64,000 nt of DNA. Source: Lama glama. Lineage: Eukaryota. Below the pieces are notes generated by a model. The model was not told the DNA's origin. It worked only from the letters and a program-made list of their open reading frames with translations, and did not search any database. A program made the position numbers and the translations under genes. Within the stretch, counting starts at the first letter, position 1. Each line of letters begins with the position of its first letter. The stretch lies in NCBI GenBank assembly GCA_028534125.1, contig CM052817.1, positions 32,736,001 to 32,800,000 of the forward strand, written 5' to 3'. This document shows, in pieces, positions 47,947 through 61,000 of the stretch.

Positions 47947-49271
47947 CAACTGAACCAATATGAGTTGAGCTTCGTATTTATTTACTTAACAAAACATGTA
48001 TTAAGTCTGATTCTAGATTTTCCCATGTTATTTAAACAGTATTTTTATTGCAAAGACTTTTAGACACACACAAAAGTGGTGAGACTGAAACACTAATACT
48101 GGAGCAGCAACAGTACAGCACAGCATAATACAGCACCACAGGGTAATAAACTCTGGGTGACCAGTGTGTCCTCTGCACCAGGACTTTGCCTCTCTTGCTT
48201 CATCGGCTCCCCTGAGCCAGCTCCACCCAACTGTTTGCCTTTTCAAATCCCAGCTCTCACGTCACTTCACTTATGAATGGTGCAGGATACATCTTATAGG
48301 AGTACGGATGTTTTCTGGAGCTCCATATTTACTGAACTCCAGTTATACACCTGGCACCGGACTACTGCAGAACAAAACAATCACAGCTTAGGTTCATTGT
48401 GTCCGTACGGGTGCAAAGAATTTTTCATATGTCATCTTATTAGTCTCATTAGCCTCACAATGTAGGTATTGTAATTAGTCCCATCCTTCAGATGAAGAAA
48501 CTGAGGCTCAGAAAAATAAAGCAACTTACTCAAAATAACATCACTAGAATGGGAGCCACAGGTAGGGTTGTGGGCAAAAAATTAACCCAGGACCTTGACA
48601 ATCGTGGCGCGACTGTGACTTTCTAACATGGACCACCCGAAATGTCTACCCTAAGACTTCTGTTACTAGCAGCTGCATCTAATCCTAATGCTCTCTAAAG
48701 TCCCTTCCCGTTCTGGAATCCTGACTATGAACCCAATGCCCGGCTTGGCTCAGCCCTCACCTTCTAAACTTTAGAGCCATGTAGGTCTTAGGGCTGGACA
48801 TCTAACCTCAAAGAAGGAGGGAGCATCATCTCTTCTGCCTGCATTTGCTTCTCTGGACACGACATCTTTATTACCATCTAGCCATGACCAACAACTCCAC
48901 CTCCTTCTTGGGCTCAGTTTCCAGAATCCTCCTTCTGACCAACACCTCCTACTTTTCCAGCTCCTCCTATAGCTCGTCTCAAAGGGTTCTTTGGCTTCAG
49001 TGGGTGGAAGACTCCTTGAAGTCTACGAGCAGTGTGTTGTCCCCATCTGCCTTCCTTTCTCAATTGCCTCCATCCCCAGTTGAGTGCCCGCGGTACACAT
49101 CTATAGTCACTTCCTTGTAAGAACGCTCAACCCCTTGTTCTCTCTCTTTTTTGTTGTACTTCCCTGGCAAAACATGAACCCTACTAAAGTCCTGGTCCAT
49201 GTCTGTGTGCAGACCGATGAACAAGGCTGAAGGAAAACCCAAGCCAGAGCTGGCTGGTCTCACTTTACATG

Positions 49272-50163
49272 TTTTCCCTTGTTTGTCTTCATTTTTTTTT
49301 GTATATATACCTTTATTGTGGTATGGTTCCTGTACAGTAAACTACACATATTTCAGATGTACAAATTTGATGAATTTTGATAGATGTATATACTTATGAA
49401 ACCACTACCACAATCAAGATAGCTAACATTTCCATCTCTCCCCAGGAGGTGCACATTTCGAATTCCCAGTTTATCTCTTCCCACCCTCTTTACCCCTGGG
49501 TAACCATAAGTTTGTTCTCTATGTCTGCGAGTCTGTTTCTGTTTTGTAGATAAGTTCACTTGTGTCTTTTCTTTCTTTCTTTTTTTTTTTTTAGATTCCA
49601 CATATAAGTGATATCATATGGTATTTTTTTTCTTCTTTTTCTGGCTTCCTTTGNNNNNNNNNNNNNNNNNNNNNNNNNNNNNNNNNNNNNNNNNNNNNNN
49701 NNNNNNNNNNNNNNNNNNNNNNNNNNNNNNNNNNNNNNNNNNNNNNNNNNNNNNNNNNNNNNNNNNNNNNNNNNNNNNNNNNNNNNNNNNNNNNNNNNNN
49801 NNNNNNNNNNNNNNNNNNNNNNNNNNNNNNNNNNNNNNNGTCTTTTCAAATTATATTTTTCTCCAGATATATGCCCAGGAGTGGGATTGCTGGATCATAT
49901 GTTAAGTTAATTTTTAGTTTTTTAAAGGAACCTCCATACTATCCTCCACAGTNNNNNNNNNNNNNNNNNNNNNNNNNNNNNNNNNNNNNNNNNNNNNNNN
50001 NNNNNNNNNNNNNNNNNNNNNNNNNNNNNNNNNNNNNNNNNNNNNNNNNNNNNNNNNNNNNNNNNNNNNNNNNNNNNNNNNNNNNNNNNNNNNNNNNNNN
50101 NNNNNNNNNNNNNNNNNNNNNNNNNNNNNNNNNNNNNNNNNNNNNNNNNNNNNNNNNNNNNNN
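49272..50163 (-). mobile_element. Composite L1 insertion within an L2: old L1M 3' end (~49290-49449) fused to a camelid-type L1 body (49450-50163, two N gaps)
   Basis: Two L1-family signatures are joined at ~49450 and flanked by tcactttacatg (49260-49271) / tcactttatatg (50164-50175). Confidence 0.75.
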
Positions 50164-51279
50164 TCACTTTATATGCTTGCACACTAACCTCAGGTCAGTC
50201 CTGAGCCTGCCCACTGATCCTAGTATGTGTCCTAGTTTATTTACCTCCCCCACCCACCCTGTGACTGTTTCACACCTTCTCTTCTGTCCTCGACAGCCCA
50301 ACCTCTTCTCCCCCATCCTCACTCACTCGCAGTGGGTGGCCTTGCTTTGATTCCCTGAGAGAACGGAGCCATCAGAAGAGAACTCCCACGTGCTGTCCCC
50401 TGCCACCTCCACCCTCCTCCTGCTTTGCTCCCAGACGCTGACCTCTGCCCATTAGGAGAGAGGCCAGTGCCATCTGCATCAAAGCCAGAGGTTTTCATGA
50501 AACTCTCAACCAACCTCTACTTCCTCTATTTCATTGGCTGGAACTGTGTTGCATCCTTCTCACTGCAAAGGAGACTGAGAAAGGAGAGGTTAGCCTTTCC
50601 TGCTTCGGTAGCAAAAGCAGCAGGGCGAGGGGGTTGGGATTGGCTGTTTGAGTGTCTGCCACAAATACAGTCTTATTCCCTGAGACTCATTCATGGCTGC
50701 CAAGAGGTTTCCTATATTATATGATGTTCTCCTGGAGGGTCCCCCCTCCTCAAAGTCTGGGGTCCTCAAGGACACTCGTCCTAGCTGGAGGAGGATCCCA
50801 GCCAGGCTAAGAGGAAGGGGACAGCTCTTCCAGGCCCTTTGACTTTCTAACTCCACCTCAACCTTAATTAACACTCTAACTCCTACTTTATTCAATTCAT
50901 GGGACTCAGTCCCTACAACCTAAACACGAGTGTCGGGGTTTTGTTTGGTTTGTTTCTTTCCTGGGGATTGGTAGGTAGTTCTTAACAATCCCTCAACTAC
51001 TTATTTATGGGAACTGACATGAGGTTATAAGAAAAGACAAAGATATGATGAAACTCTAAACTGATTAAAACAATGAAGGCTTAGCCATGAAGGTGTGGAA
51101 TAGTCATACCAGGGTGTTCAGGACAAGGAACACATGTGCAGTTAAGTGTGAGTCTCAGGTCTGAGCTTCCTGGGAGATGTAACAGTGTGTAGGAGCCATC
51201 AAAGAATGAAAAGGTGCCTCCCCAGTCCATCAACTTGGTTCATAAAATAACTGAGCTTTGAGATCTGCGTCTGGGTCAG

Positions 51280-52160
51280 CTCCTTTCTGTCGTGGATACC
51301 CTGAGGAAGGGTGGTGGCAGTGTCAGCTCTAACTGCCACCATGTAGAAGTCCCACAGTGGCAGAGGCTCCTCACTGGGGGCTTGAAGCTAGAGGTGACCA
51401 ATGGGAGCCTGAGGAGTCATTGTGAACAACAGGGAATGTCCGTCACCTGTGAGTTGTCAGAAGAGGCCAATGCCAATCACTCCAAGGACACTGCATTTGT
51501 CACAGTGCCACTGTGGGAGAAGCAGAAGCAGCCATGCACACAAGGCCACATAAGGTGGGTGGACGAGAAACCCTTGGGTGAGCCAAATAGGCCTGTCTCG
51601 AGAGAAGACTCTTGAAGGCCCACTGACCTGGTTAAGGAAGACCCTGAAAAATTCCATTCAAGAGGTTATTCTGAACAGCGTGAAAGGATCAAAGTAAGGC
51701 CATGAGAGAGAGGCGTGGTTTTGGTATCCTTCAATGACAATGATTCTGTGGCTCCAACACTGTTCAGAAAGACCACACTGTGGATGGCCACAGATGTGCC
51801 ATGGCTGTGAAGTGAGAGGAACGTTGTCTGACTGAGGGTTGGCCAATGCTTCACCCAGCCCAAGGTGGACTCTTGGGTGGTGCCTGAGGTTTGATTTTGA
51901 CAGGACCCACTTTACTGATGGGCAAAATCTTCAGTGGTTATAGTGGTCTTGGTGGCAGCCATGGCAGAGAAGGTGAATGAATGTGGGTGTGATGGAAGTG
52001 GCAGGTGCTACAATGCCTTTGGCAATTATAATAGTCTTCAAATTTTGTTTCAGGAAAGGACCAAAATGTTGGAGGCAGGAACTCTGGCTCTAAGATGGTG
52101 ATACGTCACTCTTCTGGCAAAACCACAAGAGCCAGTTGGCTCTGGGCAGTGGCAGGAGCC
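51280..52160 (+). pseudogene. HNRNPA1: HNRNPA1 processed pseudogene, heavily degraded
   Basis: 5' UTR-like ctcctttctgtcgtgga and gccaccATG at 51341 followed at once by TAG. QRLLTGGLKLEVTNGSLRSHCEQQG..AFVT resembles [40 protein letters not shown] resembles EPKRAVSREDS; ttcaatgacaatgattctgtg resembles FDDHDSV; tacaatgcctttggcaattataat..tcttcaaatttt resembles YNDFGNYNNQSSNF; gcaaaacca is AKP. No introns. Confidence 0.88.
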
Positions 52161-52789
52161 ACAGTGGGGGCGGACATGAATCCGAGCTGGAAGACGAGCC
52201 CTGGCAGGGGTGGAGAGCAAAGTGACAGGGCACTAGCTGCTCCTCCGTCAGGGCTGACGGCCATCCCGTGTGTGCTCCATGGCAGCCAGGGCCCCTTCTG
52301 GTGGGTCATTCTAATTGCTCAGGTTTTGTGCCATAAGATTGATCAATATTTCCTGTGCCACTCCTGGCTAAAACAGATTTATGAATTCAGCCAAGCAGTA
52401 CTTGGCCCTTGAAGCCAAATTTTAGCGTGGGCCCCCTCAGGCCAAGGACCCTGAAGTAACCCCAAGTGCTCCTCCTTCGGAGCCTGTCCTTTTGTTGGAT
52501 GGCATGTCCTACAGGGCTCCCAAACAGCCCCGGCTCAGAAGCAGTCCCAGGATCAGAGACTCAGAGTCATGAGGCGACCTTAGAAATGTTCTAATCCATC
52601 AACCTTATTTGACAGAAGGGAAAAGTGAAGTGCAGGAAGGTAGAGCATCTCATCCAAGGTTACCACACTGGTCAATGGAACCAGATTCCATGTCTCTTTA
52701 TGTTCAGACCGCTTTCATCTCAATTTATCTCTGTGATGTGATATTGGGGATTATCATTCTCTTCAGATTCAAATTAAAACTAGTGGCTG

Positions 52790-53345
52790 TACCAGTTGGA
52801 TTGCACTTGACAGCAACCACTTAAATGAAAGAACATTCATTACTATTTACCTACAGAAAGTCTGGAGGGAGGTGATTTCATTTTTCTTTTTTTTTTTAAT
52901 GGTCTCAAAGTTATCACAAAGAGTCAGGCTTCTGCATTGCCATCGAGTTAGCTTTTTATCCCCATGCTTGTTGCCATATGATCACAAAATGGTTGCCACA
53001 GCTCCAGGCATTTTGTCTTCATACCAGTGTTTCAAGCAGAAAAGAATGGAGAGGGACAAAACTATATTTATTTTTATCTAGTTAGAAAGTGATTCCCAAA
53101 AGCTCCCTCAGAAGATCTCCTCTCCTTATATCTCACTGGCCACTTCTTGTGGCAGGGGAGCCTAGGGCAGTAAATAATTGGCAGAGGAAAACACAATAGT
53201 TAGGGTTGGCTTAGAACAATCATGATGCATTCTTTGGGGCTGGGCACATTTCTACCAAGAACAAAATAGGCTCTTGTTGGTTAGGAAAAAAAGGATGGTG
53301 AGGCAAGGGGATGGTTTCCAGAGGCAGCCTAGAGTGTCTGCCACA
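52790..53345 (-). mobile_element. MaLR LTR (MLT1K/L-like)
   Basis: cacaaaatggttgccacagctccaggcat...ccttatatctcactggcc...gagtgtctgccaca. Confidence 0.7.
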
Positions 53346-54039
53346 GATTTCGTTCCACATGGTGGAGGAAATGGAGGCTCTCGGTTAAAAAAGACCAGGG
53401 TTCAAATACTAGCTCTACTGTTTACCAGCTGGGTGACTGTGGCTAAGTTCTTTAGCCTCTCTAGGACTCATTTCTTTTAACTTTAAAATGTAAATAATAT
53501 AAATAATTTAGGTACTGCCTGACACACAGTAGGGGCCCAGCAAATTGTAGCTATTATTATTACTAATAATAGTCCATTAAGGACTTTCTCATAATTTCAA
53601 GTATTCACATCCTCACAGTCTTTGAGGTAGGGAACATACAGTAATTCCTTTGATTAACCTAAGGTCACATGGGAAGCAGGTGGTGGACGTGGAACTTAGA
53701 CCTGGAGATACAAACATCTCTACCCTTGCCCTAAGCCCTCCCCGTGATGTTTTGATTGTGCAGTGCATGTGGGCCAGTCATTGGAAATGAAAGCCCTTTC
53801 AGAAATGCCATCTAATTCCCATTTATTTCTGTCTTCCAAAGAGACACACTAAAAGCAAACAAGAGAAACAGAAAGCTTCCGGGACTCTAGGACAGCATAC
53901 CCTGGCTTGGGCAGGCCCTGTTCTATTTCAATGTCGTGAGCCAGGACTCATATAAGTCAAATAAGACCCCAGAAGAGACGGCTCATTTACACATGGGGGG
54001 AAGCATGACTTGGAGATCTGCTCTTTGACCTGCCTGGCA

Positions 54040-54556
54040 TTCATTTCCTAATTACAAGCAACCTGTTTTCACTCTTGGTCCCAGTGATTCAGCAGCGCTG
54101 ACCTCACCCACTCTGCTCCAGGGCTGGGCAAGGGATCTACAGCCTGGCCAGTTAGCATTTTCTATCCTCTTGGCCAAGGTGATTGCTTTTGGGTTGGGAA
54201 TAGTACCTAAGCTGGGCCAATGATACTCAATTCTAGAACTTTTGCTGGAGTTACTGGGAAAGAGTTTTTCTCTTTGAGCTGAGACTTGCGAGCTGTGTGG
54301 CTGAGGTAAGTCCAGAATTTCCAAGGACAGCTACCTGGCCAGAGCCCACCTGGGAAGGAGGACAGGTAAGAGAGAAGTTGGCCTGAGACCTATGGACCAA
54401 TGGATGCCATCAGAGCCTGTGAACCCAGCCAGGCCTGAACCCACCAAGTCTACCTTTTGATTTTCCAGTTGCACAAGCCCAGAAATTCCATTGTGAACCT
54501 TAAGCCGGTTTGAATTGAGTTTCTGTGATTTTTTTCTGCAAAACGTATCCTGACCA
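54040..54556 (+). mobile_element. MaLR LTR (MLT1K/L-like)
   Basis: acctaagctgggccaatga...gagcctgtgaacccagccaggcctgaa...ttaagccggtttgaattgagtttctgtga. Confidence 0.75.
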
Positions 54557-56271
54557 CTTTGAAAAGAGAGATTTTTTTTCCTATCTTCCCTAGATAAGAT
54601 GAAAACCACTCATTTTCCTCCACTCCTGAGAGGAGACCAGTCCTGCTCTCTCAGCTGAAGGCATCACGGATTATTCGTCAGCATCAAAGGCTGACACCAT
54701 GATGACCCCATCTGCAACAATGACCCAAGGATCGAGGGATTTCAGTTTGAGTGGGGGGCAGCTGTGAGCAGAGGCTTTCTATGGGAAAAACTCGGGCTTT
54801 CTATTGCTTTGCTGACTCAGGCTTTCTATGGAAATCTCTCTTCATTGTTGTAAGCAACTACACATCTGCTGTGACATTATGGCCAGCTTTCTACTACATA
54901 AGCCATCAATGTGACATTAGTATCGACTTCCCCAAAGCATCCCTGAGCTCACTGGGTACCGGGCTTGTGACTGTCAGCTCCTGTTCAGTAAATCATGCAG
55001 CCAACGAGAAGGAAAAGTTGAAATTTTGCAGAAATTAGGGCAAGATAGTCCATAAATTTCTACTGACTTCACTTTTCTCACTCAAGTAAGTGTTTAATGA
55101 GGTAGAGGGAAAGGCATCATCACAGATTTGGAATTATTCTCTACCACCGGCCTTCCAGCGGGCGTAAAGCCAATTATTCCACAGCACAGGCTGGCGAATC
55201 AAGCCATTACAGGTGAGTGGTCTGTCTCCAGAGGGGCTGAATCTGTCTGGACTCGCGCTGAACTTTTATCATGGAAGGAGGGCAACGCCCCAGGGGCTTT
55301 GGAGAGGCTACTATGTAAGTCTAGCAACTGTCTATAAATGTGCTCTCACTGTCCCCTCTCCCTCTCCGGCACCTTTCCCCTGCAGCTCTCTCTGCATCTG
55401 TTCTAATGGGAGGACGGGAATGAGCTGGCCCAGTCCCTGGGGTCTGGCAGGATTTGCTTTTGGGCCGTGGACTTCATATCTTGCTCTTTGGTCTTTCCAT
55501 GCTCTTCCAACCTCCAACCTCGGCTGGCTGATTCCTCTTCCTAGACTTGCCTCTGCACCTGTATTCTCCTGCACTACAACCGTGTCTGGCACATAGGAGC
55601 CACGCAACCCAGGCTACCTTGACGCACAGCTACATTCATGCTTATTCTACATGGTGCTCCAGGGATGCCATCTATGTAGAAGACAACATGAATGGAGCCC
55701 CCAGGAACTGGGCAACTCAGTGATTGTACTTGATAGATTTTGTTGATGAATAGACAAATACATGAATAAATGAATGAATGAGTGAGTGAGTGAATCCAGC
55801 TGGTCATGCTTCTCTCCTTAGACACACAAGGTTCTCCTGTTTACTAGCTTGCCTTTAAATTGTATTCATAAATATTGGCTGGATGGTATCAGCCTGTAAA
55901 TTAATTCTGTTCCCATGTCTATCCGTTCTCCGTGTAAGTAATTTGAGTGCTTCTTTCAGCTTCTGGACAAGTTCTGCTCCAGCAGCCATTTTTTTGTGTT
56001 CCTGGCCTTTGCCATCCTCCTTTTCTTGTTTTGTGGTCCCCTGTATCCCCTCTCCCCTATTTTTCTGTTACTCCTGCTTGATCTCCCATGTGGATTTTTG
56101 CCCCTGGAGTGTCAAGGCACCAGGATCAGTGCTTTTAGCTCCTTGCTTTCTTGTGGAAAAACAAATGTCAGAAATGAACAATAATTCAAATCAGCCATTG
56201 AACTGTGGTCTGTTTCTGACATTAGCTATGGTTGCAATGTTTCTTCTCTTATTTCCTTTGGTCCCTCACAC

Positions 56272-56771
56272 NNNNNNNNNNNNNNNNNNNNNNNNNNNNN
56301 NNNNNNNNNNNNNNNNNNNNNNNNNNNNNNNNNNNNNNNNNNNNNNNNNNNNNNNNNNNNNNNNNNNNNNNNNNNNNNNNNNNNNNNNNNNNNNNNNNNN
56401 NNNNNNNNNNNNNNNNNNNNNNNNNNNNNNNNNNNNNNNNNNNNNNNNNNNNNNNNNNNNNNNNNNNNNNNNNNNNNNNNNNNNNNNNNNNNNNNNNNNN
56501 NNNNNNNNNNNNNNNNNNNNNNNNNNNNNNNNNNNNNNNNNNNNNNNNNNNNNNNNNNNNNNNNNNNNNNNNNNNNNNNNNNNNNNNNNNNNNNNNNNNN
56601 NNNNNNNNNNNNNNNNNNNNNNNNNNNNNNNNNNNNNNNNNNNNNNNNNNNNNNNNNNNNNNNNNNNNNNNNNNNNNNNNNNNNNNNNNNNNNNNNNNNN
56701 NNNNNNNNNNNNNNNNNNNNNNNNNNNNNNNNNNNNNNNNNNNNNNNNNNNNNNNNNNNNNNNNNNNNNNN
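56272..56771. other. Assembly gap of 500 N; other gaps at 11375-11545, 40261-40452, 49654-49839, 49953-50163 and 62607-62802
   Basis: N runs seen directly; the five shorter gaps fall inside repeats. Confidence 0.99.
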
Positions 56772-57074
56772 GCTCAAGTAGGGCTGTGGTGTTTGTCAAC
56801 AGCCACCAGCGTTCGGCAAATGTGCTGCTGGTTACTGAGCGACGGGCCTGTTGTGAAGCTTTTTCTCCGCTCTGAATGGGACTGGCATCATGTGATACAA
56901 GGACAGAAGGTGGAAAAAGCAAAACACCAAGAAATAGATGAATTGGCCACTTTTCCTTTTTAAAAGCACCCTGCAGAGTACTTGGCTTATGGCTGGAGTT
57001 AAACTGAATTTCACTCTGCAGACCCCGTTCTAAGCACACTGCCCCTTGGTACTAGCCAGGGGTTGGGTCCAGAT

Positions 57075-57190
57075 TTTGGCCCCTCAGTTACCAAAATCTG
57101 CAGGTGCTTAAGTCCCTTATTTAAATGGTGTTTACAGTCTGCCCTCCGTTTCTGCGGGTTTTGCATCCATAGGTATGGATGGCAGACTGC
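57075..57190. mobile_element. MER2/Tigger-type Tc1-mariner fossil
   Basis: taccaaaatctgcaggtgcttaagtcccttatttaaatggtgt...cagtctgccctccgtttctgcgggttttgcatcc. Confidence 0.7.
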
Positions 57191-57749
57191 AGTTTCTTTT
57201 TCAGTTCTTGAGACTTCTGGGCAAAATGAAGAGGTGGTTGAACTGAATGCTCAAGTTATATTCAAGAAATGATACTCTTTCCTCCTCCCACCCTGGGATA
57301 AGCTGAAACTCTTCGTTTTGGTGTTGCCTTTCTGATTAACCAGTTCTCAACTTTCTATATGCTGACCCTAAATTAACATGATAACATTCTGGTCAAATTC
57401 CAGTCCTGTAGCCATGGTCAGGGAAATGCTCTGACCCTGGTGGGTTATATGAGAAGTCACTTTTTTTTAATATACGAAAAGTCATTTTTAACAACTGCAG
57501 CCCCTATCACACCACACCACACCATACACACACGTGCACACACACACACACACACAGACACAGAGCTTGGGACTCTAGCCTTTCCCCAGCCTCCTGCCCT
57601 CTTCCTCCTTGCATTTCACACTTTCCTTTCCCAATGCAAACCCTCTCCACCTGCAAGTTGCATAGAAGGTGGAGAAGTGAGATGAAGGCTGAGGACAGGG
57701 GTTGGGGAATGGGTGGGATATGGCCCCCGGGGAGCACCCTGAGAAGTAT

Positions 57750-58005
57750 GCAGCAGGCTGTGGGCGATGGGGCTCAGGAGTCAGACTGTCTGGGTTCAAA
57801 CGTTGCTGTTTCCACTTCCTACCTATATCATCTTGAATAAACTGCTTAGCTTTTCTAGACCTGGATTTCATGGCACTAAACAAAGAGACAACAGCATTAG
57901 CCTTGTCTTGTGGGTTTGTGGTAACAATTAACTGAGTCAATATGTATGGAGCACTTGGAACAGCGCCTGGGACATGGTATGTGCTTAATCAGTATTCATT
58001 ATCAT
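57750..58005 (+). mobile_element. MIR SINE
   Basis: ggagtcagactgtctgggttcaaa...gagcacttggaacagcgcctgggacatggtatgtgcttaat. Confidence 0.8.
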
Positions 58006-61000
58006 TGTTGGGGAAGGCACGTGAATCTAGGGCCAGGGACCAGGATAAGACCCACACGAGTCAGATTGTATCTGCTTATTCCTGCCCACAGGCAGCTCTG
58101 TTCATTAATTTTATTCAGCAGCTATGGAGACCTAGCACATACCAGGCATTTGTCAGGCACAGAGAATACAGAGGTGGAAAGATGCTACTATCCTTGCCCT
58201 TGTGAGCTTATGGTCCAGCCTGTCCCTGCGCATTGTGGACGCTGGCTGTGCAGCACAGTGGCCAGCCCCTAGAAGGTCCAGGAGTCACTCACCATTACTC
58301 TCCTTCCTCGTGGACATCCTTCCCATGTAAATTCCAGAGTCAGTCACTCATCCACATCCTGGCACACTCCCCTCCTCGGCCCCCTGAGACGCCATGCCCC
58401 TTTCCCTGCTTCTGCTTCCCTGTACAGAATGTCGCTGCCTGAGCCACACACACCGTGTTCCTGTTCTCACATCAGCCAGTCCTTTGGTTCCTGAAGCATT
58501 CTCCGTGGATGTGACCTGCCTGTTCTGTTCTCCTTGTGCCGACCCCACCTCCACCCTGTCGTTGCCCAGTCTACCCCTCAACCTGGGCCAGTGGCCTTAA
58601 TTCTGCTTCCTGAGACCCCAGCCAGCCAGCTGTAGCACGCACTCCATCTTCTTCCCCCGGCCATGACCTCCGACTGCAAAGCCATCTTCTTGATCTGTCT
58701 CCCCGCATCCATGGAAAGAGTGAACCAGGACTGAGCCAGTGCCTGGAGCAGCCCGGAAGTCTGTCTCACCTCCAAAGCCCATCTCTGTGTTCTCATCCCC
58801 ACCCTCTCTGCACCCTCTCCGGTCGTGACTCCCTCGCTGTCCTCGTCCACACCTCTAGCTTCCTCAGTTTCCCTCTACCGCCTCCTTTCTCAGCGCACAG
58901 AAAACGCACAGATTCATTCATCCGTTCATTTCTTCACAAACACCTACTAAGTACTAGTGTGTGCTGTGCGCACACTTCTAGATTCTGGAGCTGGAGCAGT
59001 GAAGACACATCTCTACCTCCAAGGAGCTTACTCTGCAGTGTGGAGAGTTGGACAATAAAGAAATAAATAGCTAGTGCATTGGGGGTGAAGAACACAGCGA
59101 GCTGAAGCACTTGCCAGTGGCCCTGGGCCCAGAAGTGAGCTGGAGAAGAAGGATGGGGGTGGGGGTGGCGGGCTGGTCGCGCCATGGAAGGGCCTCCTGT
59201 GGGTCAAGCTGCTTTGTAATGATGAGGGAGAAGCTGCTAAGGGGCTCCCTCAAGATGCTGCTTCGTTGACCTGTTGAGGAATTCCTCGAGCCGGCTGCTC
59301 CAGCACCACGGTCTGGAAATTGTTCTCTACCATGTTCTTAGGCTTGGAGTGCGCTGTAACCTTAGGGAGGCTGCCACATTCTGCCCTAAAATCACAGTGG
59401 GCCTGATTAATAAGCAGTGCACTAGCTCTTCTAAAAGAAATGATTCCATCTCTTGCCTGAAGATAGGGAGAGAGGAATGCCTCGGCTCTTGGCTGTAACT
59501 GCGTGTTTTGGCAAATAAGCACAAGAGAGATTTCAGTCTATCTCTTCAACTCAGCCCAGGTAAGGAGGGATTTGGAAGAGGCTTTGATTGGGTTGTAAAT
59601 ACATTACTTCTCAACAACTGATTAAGGGACAGTCCAGGCTGGAAAAATAAATCTGCTTCATTCTCATAATGAAGATATAAAAGTATATTTTTATAATTTA
59701 CAGAGCACTTTCATATGTCTAAATTTATCAGATAGTCAACAGGTGTATGGCACAAAATCTGTTATAACTTACTTACCATTGAGCTAAATATATTTTTTAT
59801 TTAGCATTAGAATACACATCTTCTGCAAAAAAAAATTAAGTTTTTTTTTCTGTTGTTATTATTTGCTTTTAGAGTCAATTAAGAATGGTCTCAAACTACA
59901 CTGGGTTTTTTCCTATCTTGAAAAATGTAAGGTCCTGGAGCAGCTAACTTGACATTCCAAACGAATTAATAATGGACTTCACACCGCATTCCCAGCAGAG
60001 ATGCCCCAGCATACCACTCCTCATGTTCCTCAGGTCTGGAATGTGTAATTCCTCTACGAGCTACATTCTGCTGTGTGCAGCTCTATTTTGGGACTGAGTT
60101 GTTTCTTTATATAGAAACCAGTACCCTTGTCAAATCAAGCGAGTACATGAGTCATTTGTGCAATTCCTAGAAGCGATCACACCAAATTTTTCTCATCTGC
60201 TATCCATTTTCTTTTTTAATCAGAAGGGAAATGCATTAACAATACAAATACCTTGGTGAAAATCCTAAACTCTCATAGAGCACTGTTAGAATAAAAATGT
60301 TTTTTTGGCAGTGACTGAATTTCATGCTTGTTGAAGAAATGATCACATCACCGTTTCCATTTTCACAAACCAAGTAACTTACGTACCTCTGCTAACTTGG
60401 GGCCCCATTTCTATAAATCACACTCTGACTCATGGTATTTTAGACACTCGTGAATGACCTGAGCCAGTGGTGCTAATTAGGGTTTAGAAAGCGTTTGATG
60501 GTTACTGTGATTTTGAGAACCAGATAAAGCAATGAGAATCAGTGGCTTTGGTCCTCAGCAAGACTTCATTCCTCTGAATTCCACCATCCAGGTGATCTGG
60601 GGAATGAAGAGAAGCGAAGTTTGTTCTGTCCTCATGACATAGGTGGATATTTATGAAGAGTTTTGATTTTCTTTTAGCTAAGGAGTTAAGGCTGCAGAGA
60701 GAGGCTTTGTCTTCTGCGCAAAGACAAATAAGGATGCCTAAAGTGTCCTTGGGTGACCTTTTAAGCACCCCTAGGGGAAGTTAGAGGGCAAAGATTAGGT
60801 GTGTCCAATCTACTTAAGAATTTGGAACCAAAGGTTCTGCTAAACAATTGGCTCAGTTGTTCAAAATCTTTTTTAACTGTTTCTGCTGGTGCCTATCACC
60901 TGATCCGAGTATCTTGTCAAATTTCCCAAGAGCATTCATTCATGGAGGACCAATACTTACCTCTCTCTGCTTCTTAGTCTTCTATATAAATGATGAGTTA

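Noticed and set aside
55883-57039. Long ORFs of 183-330 aa
   Set aside because: Artefacts of translating through the 500-N gap; the same applies to ORFs over the other gaps.
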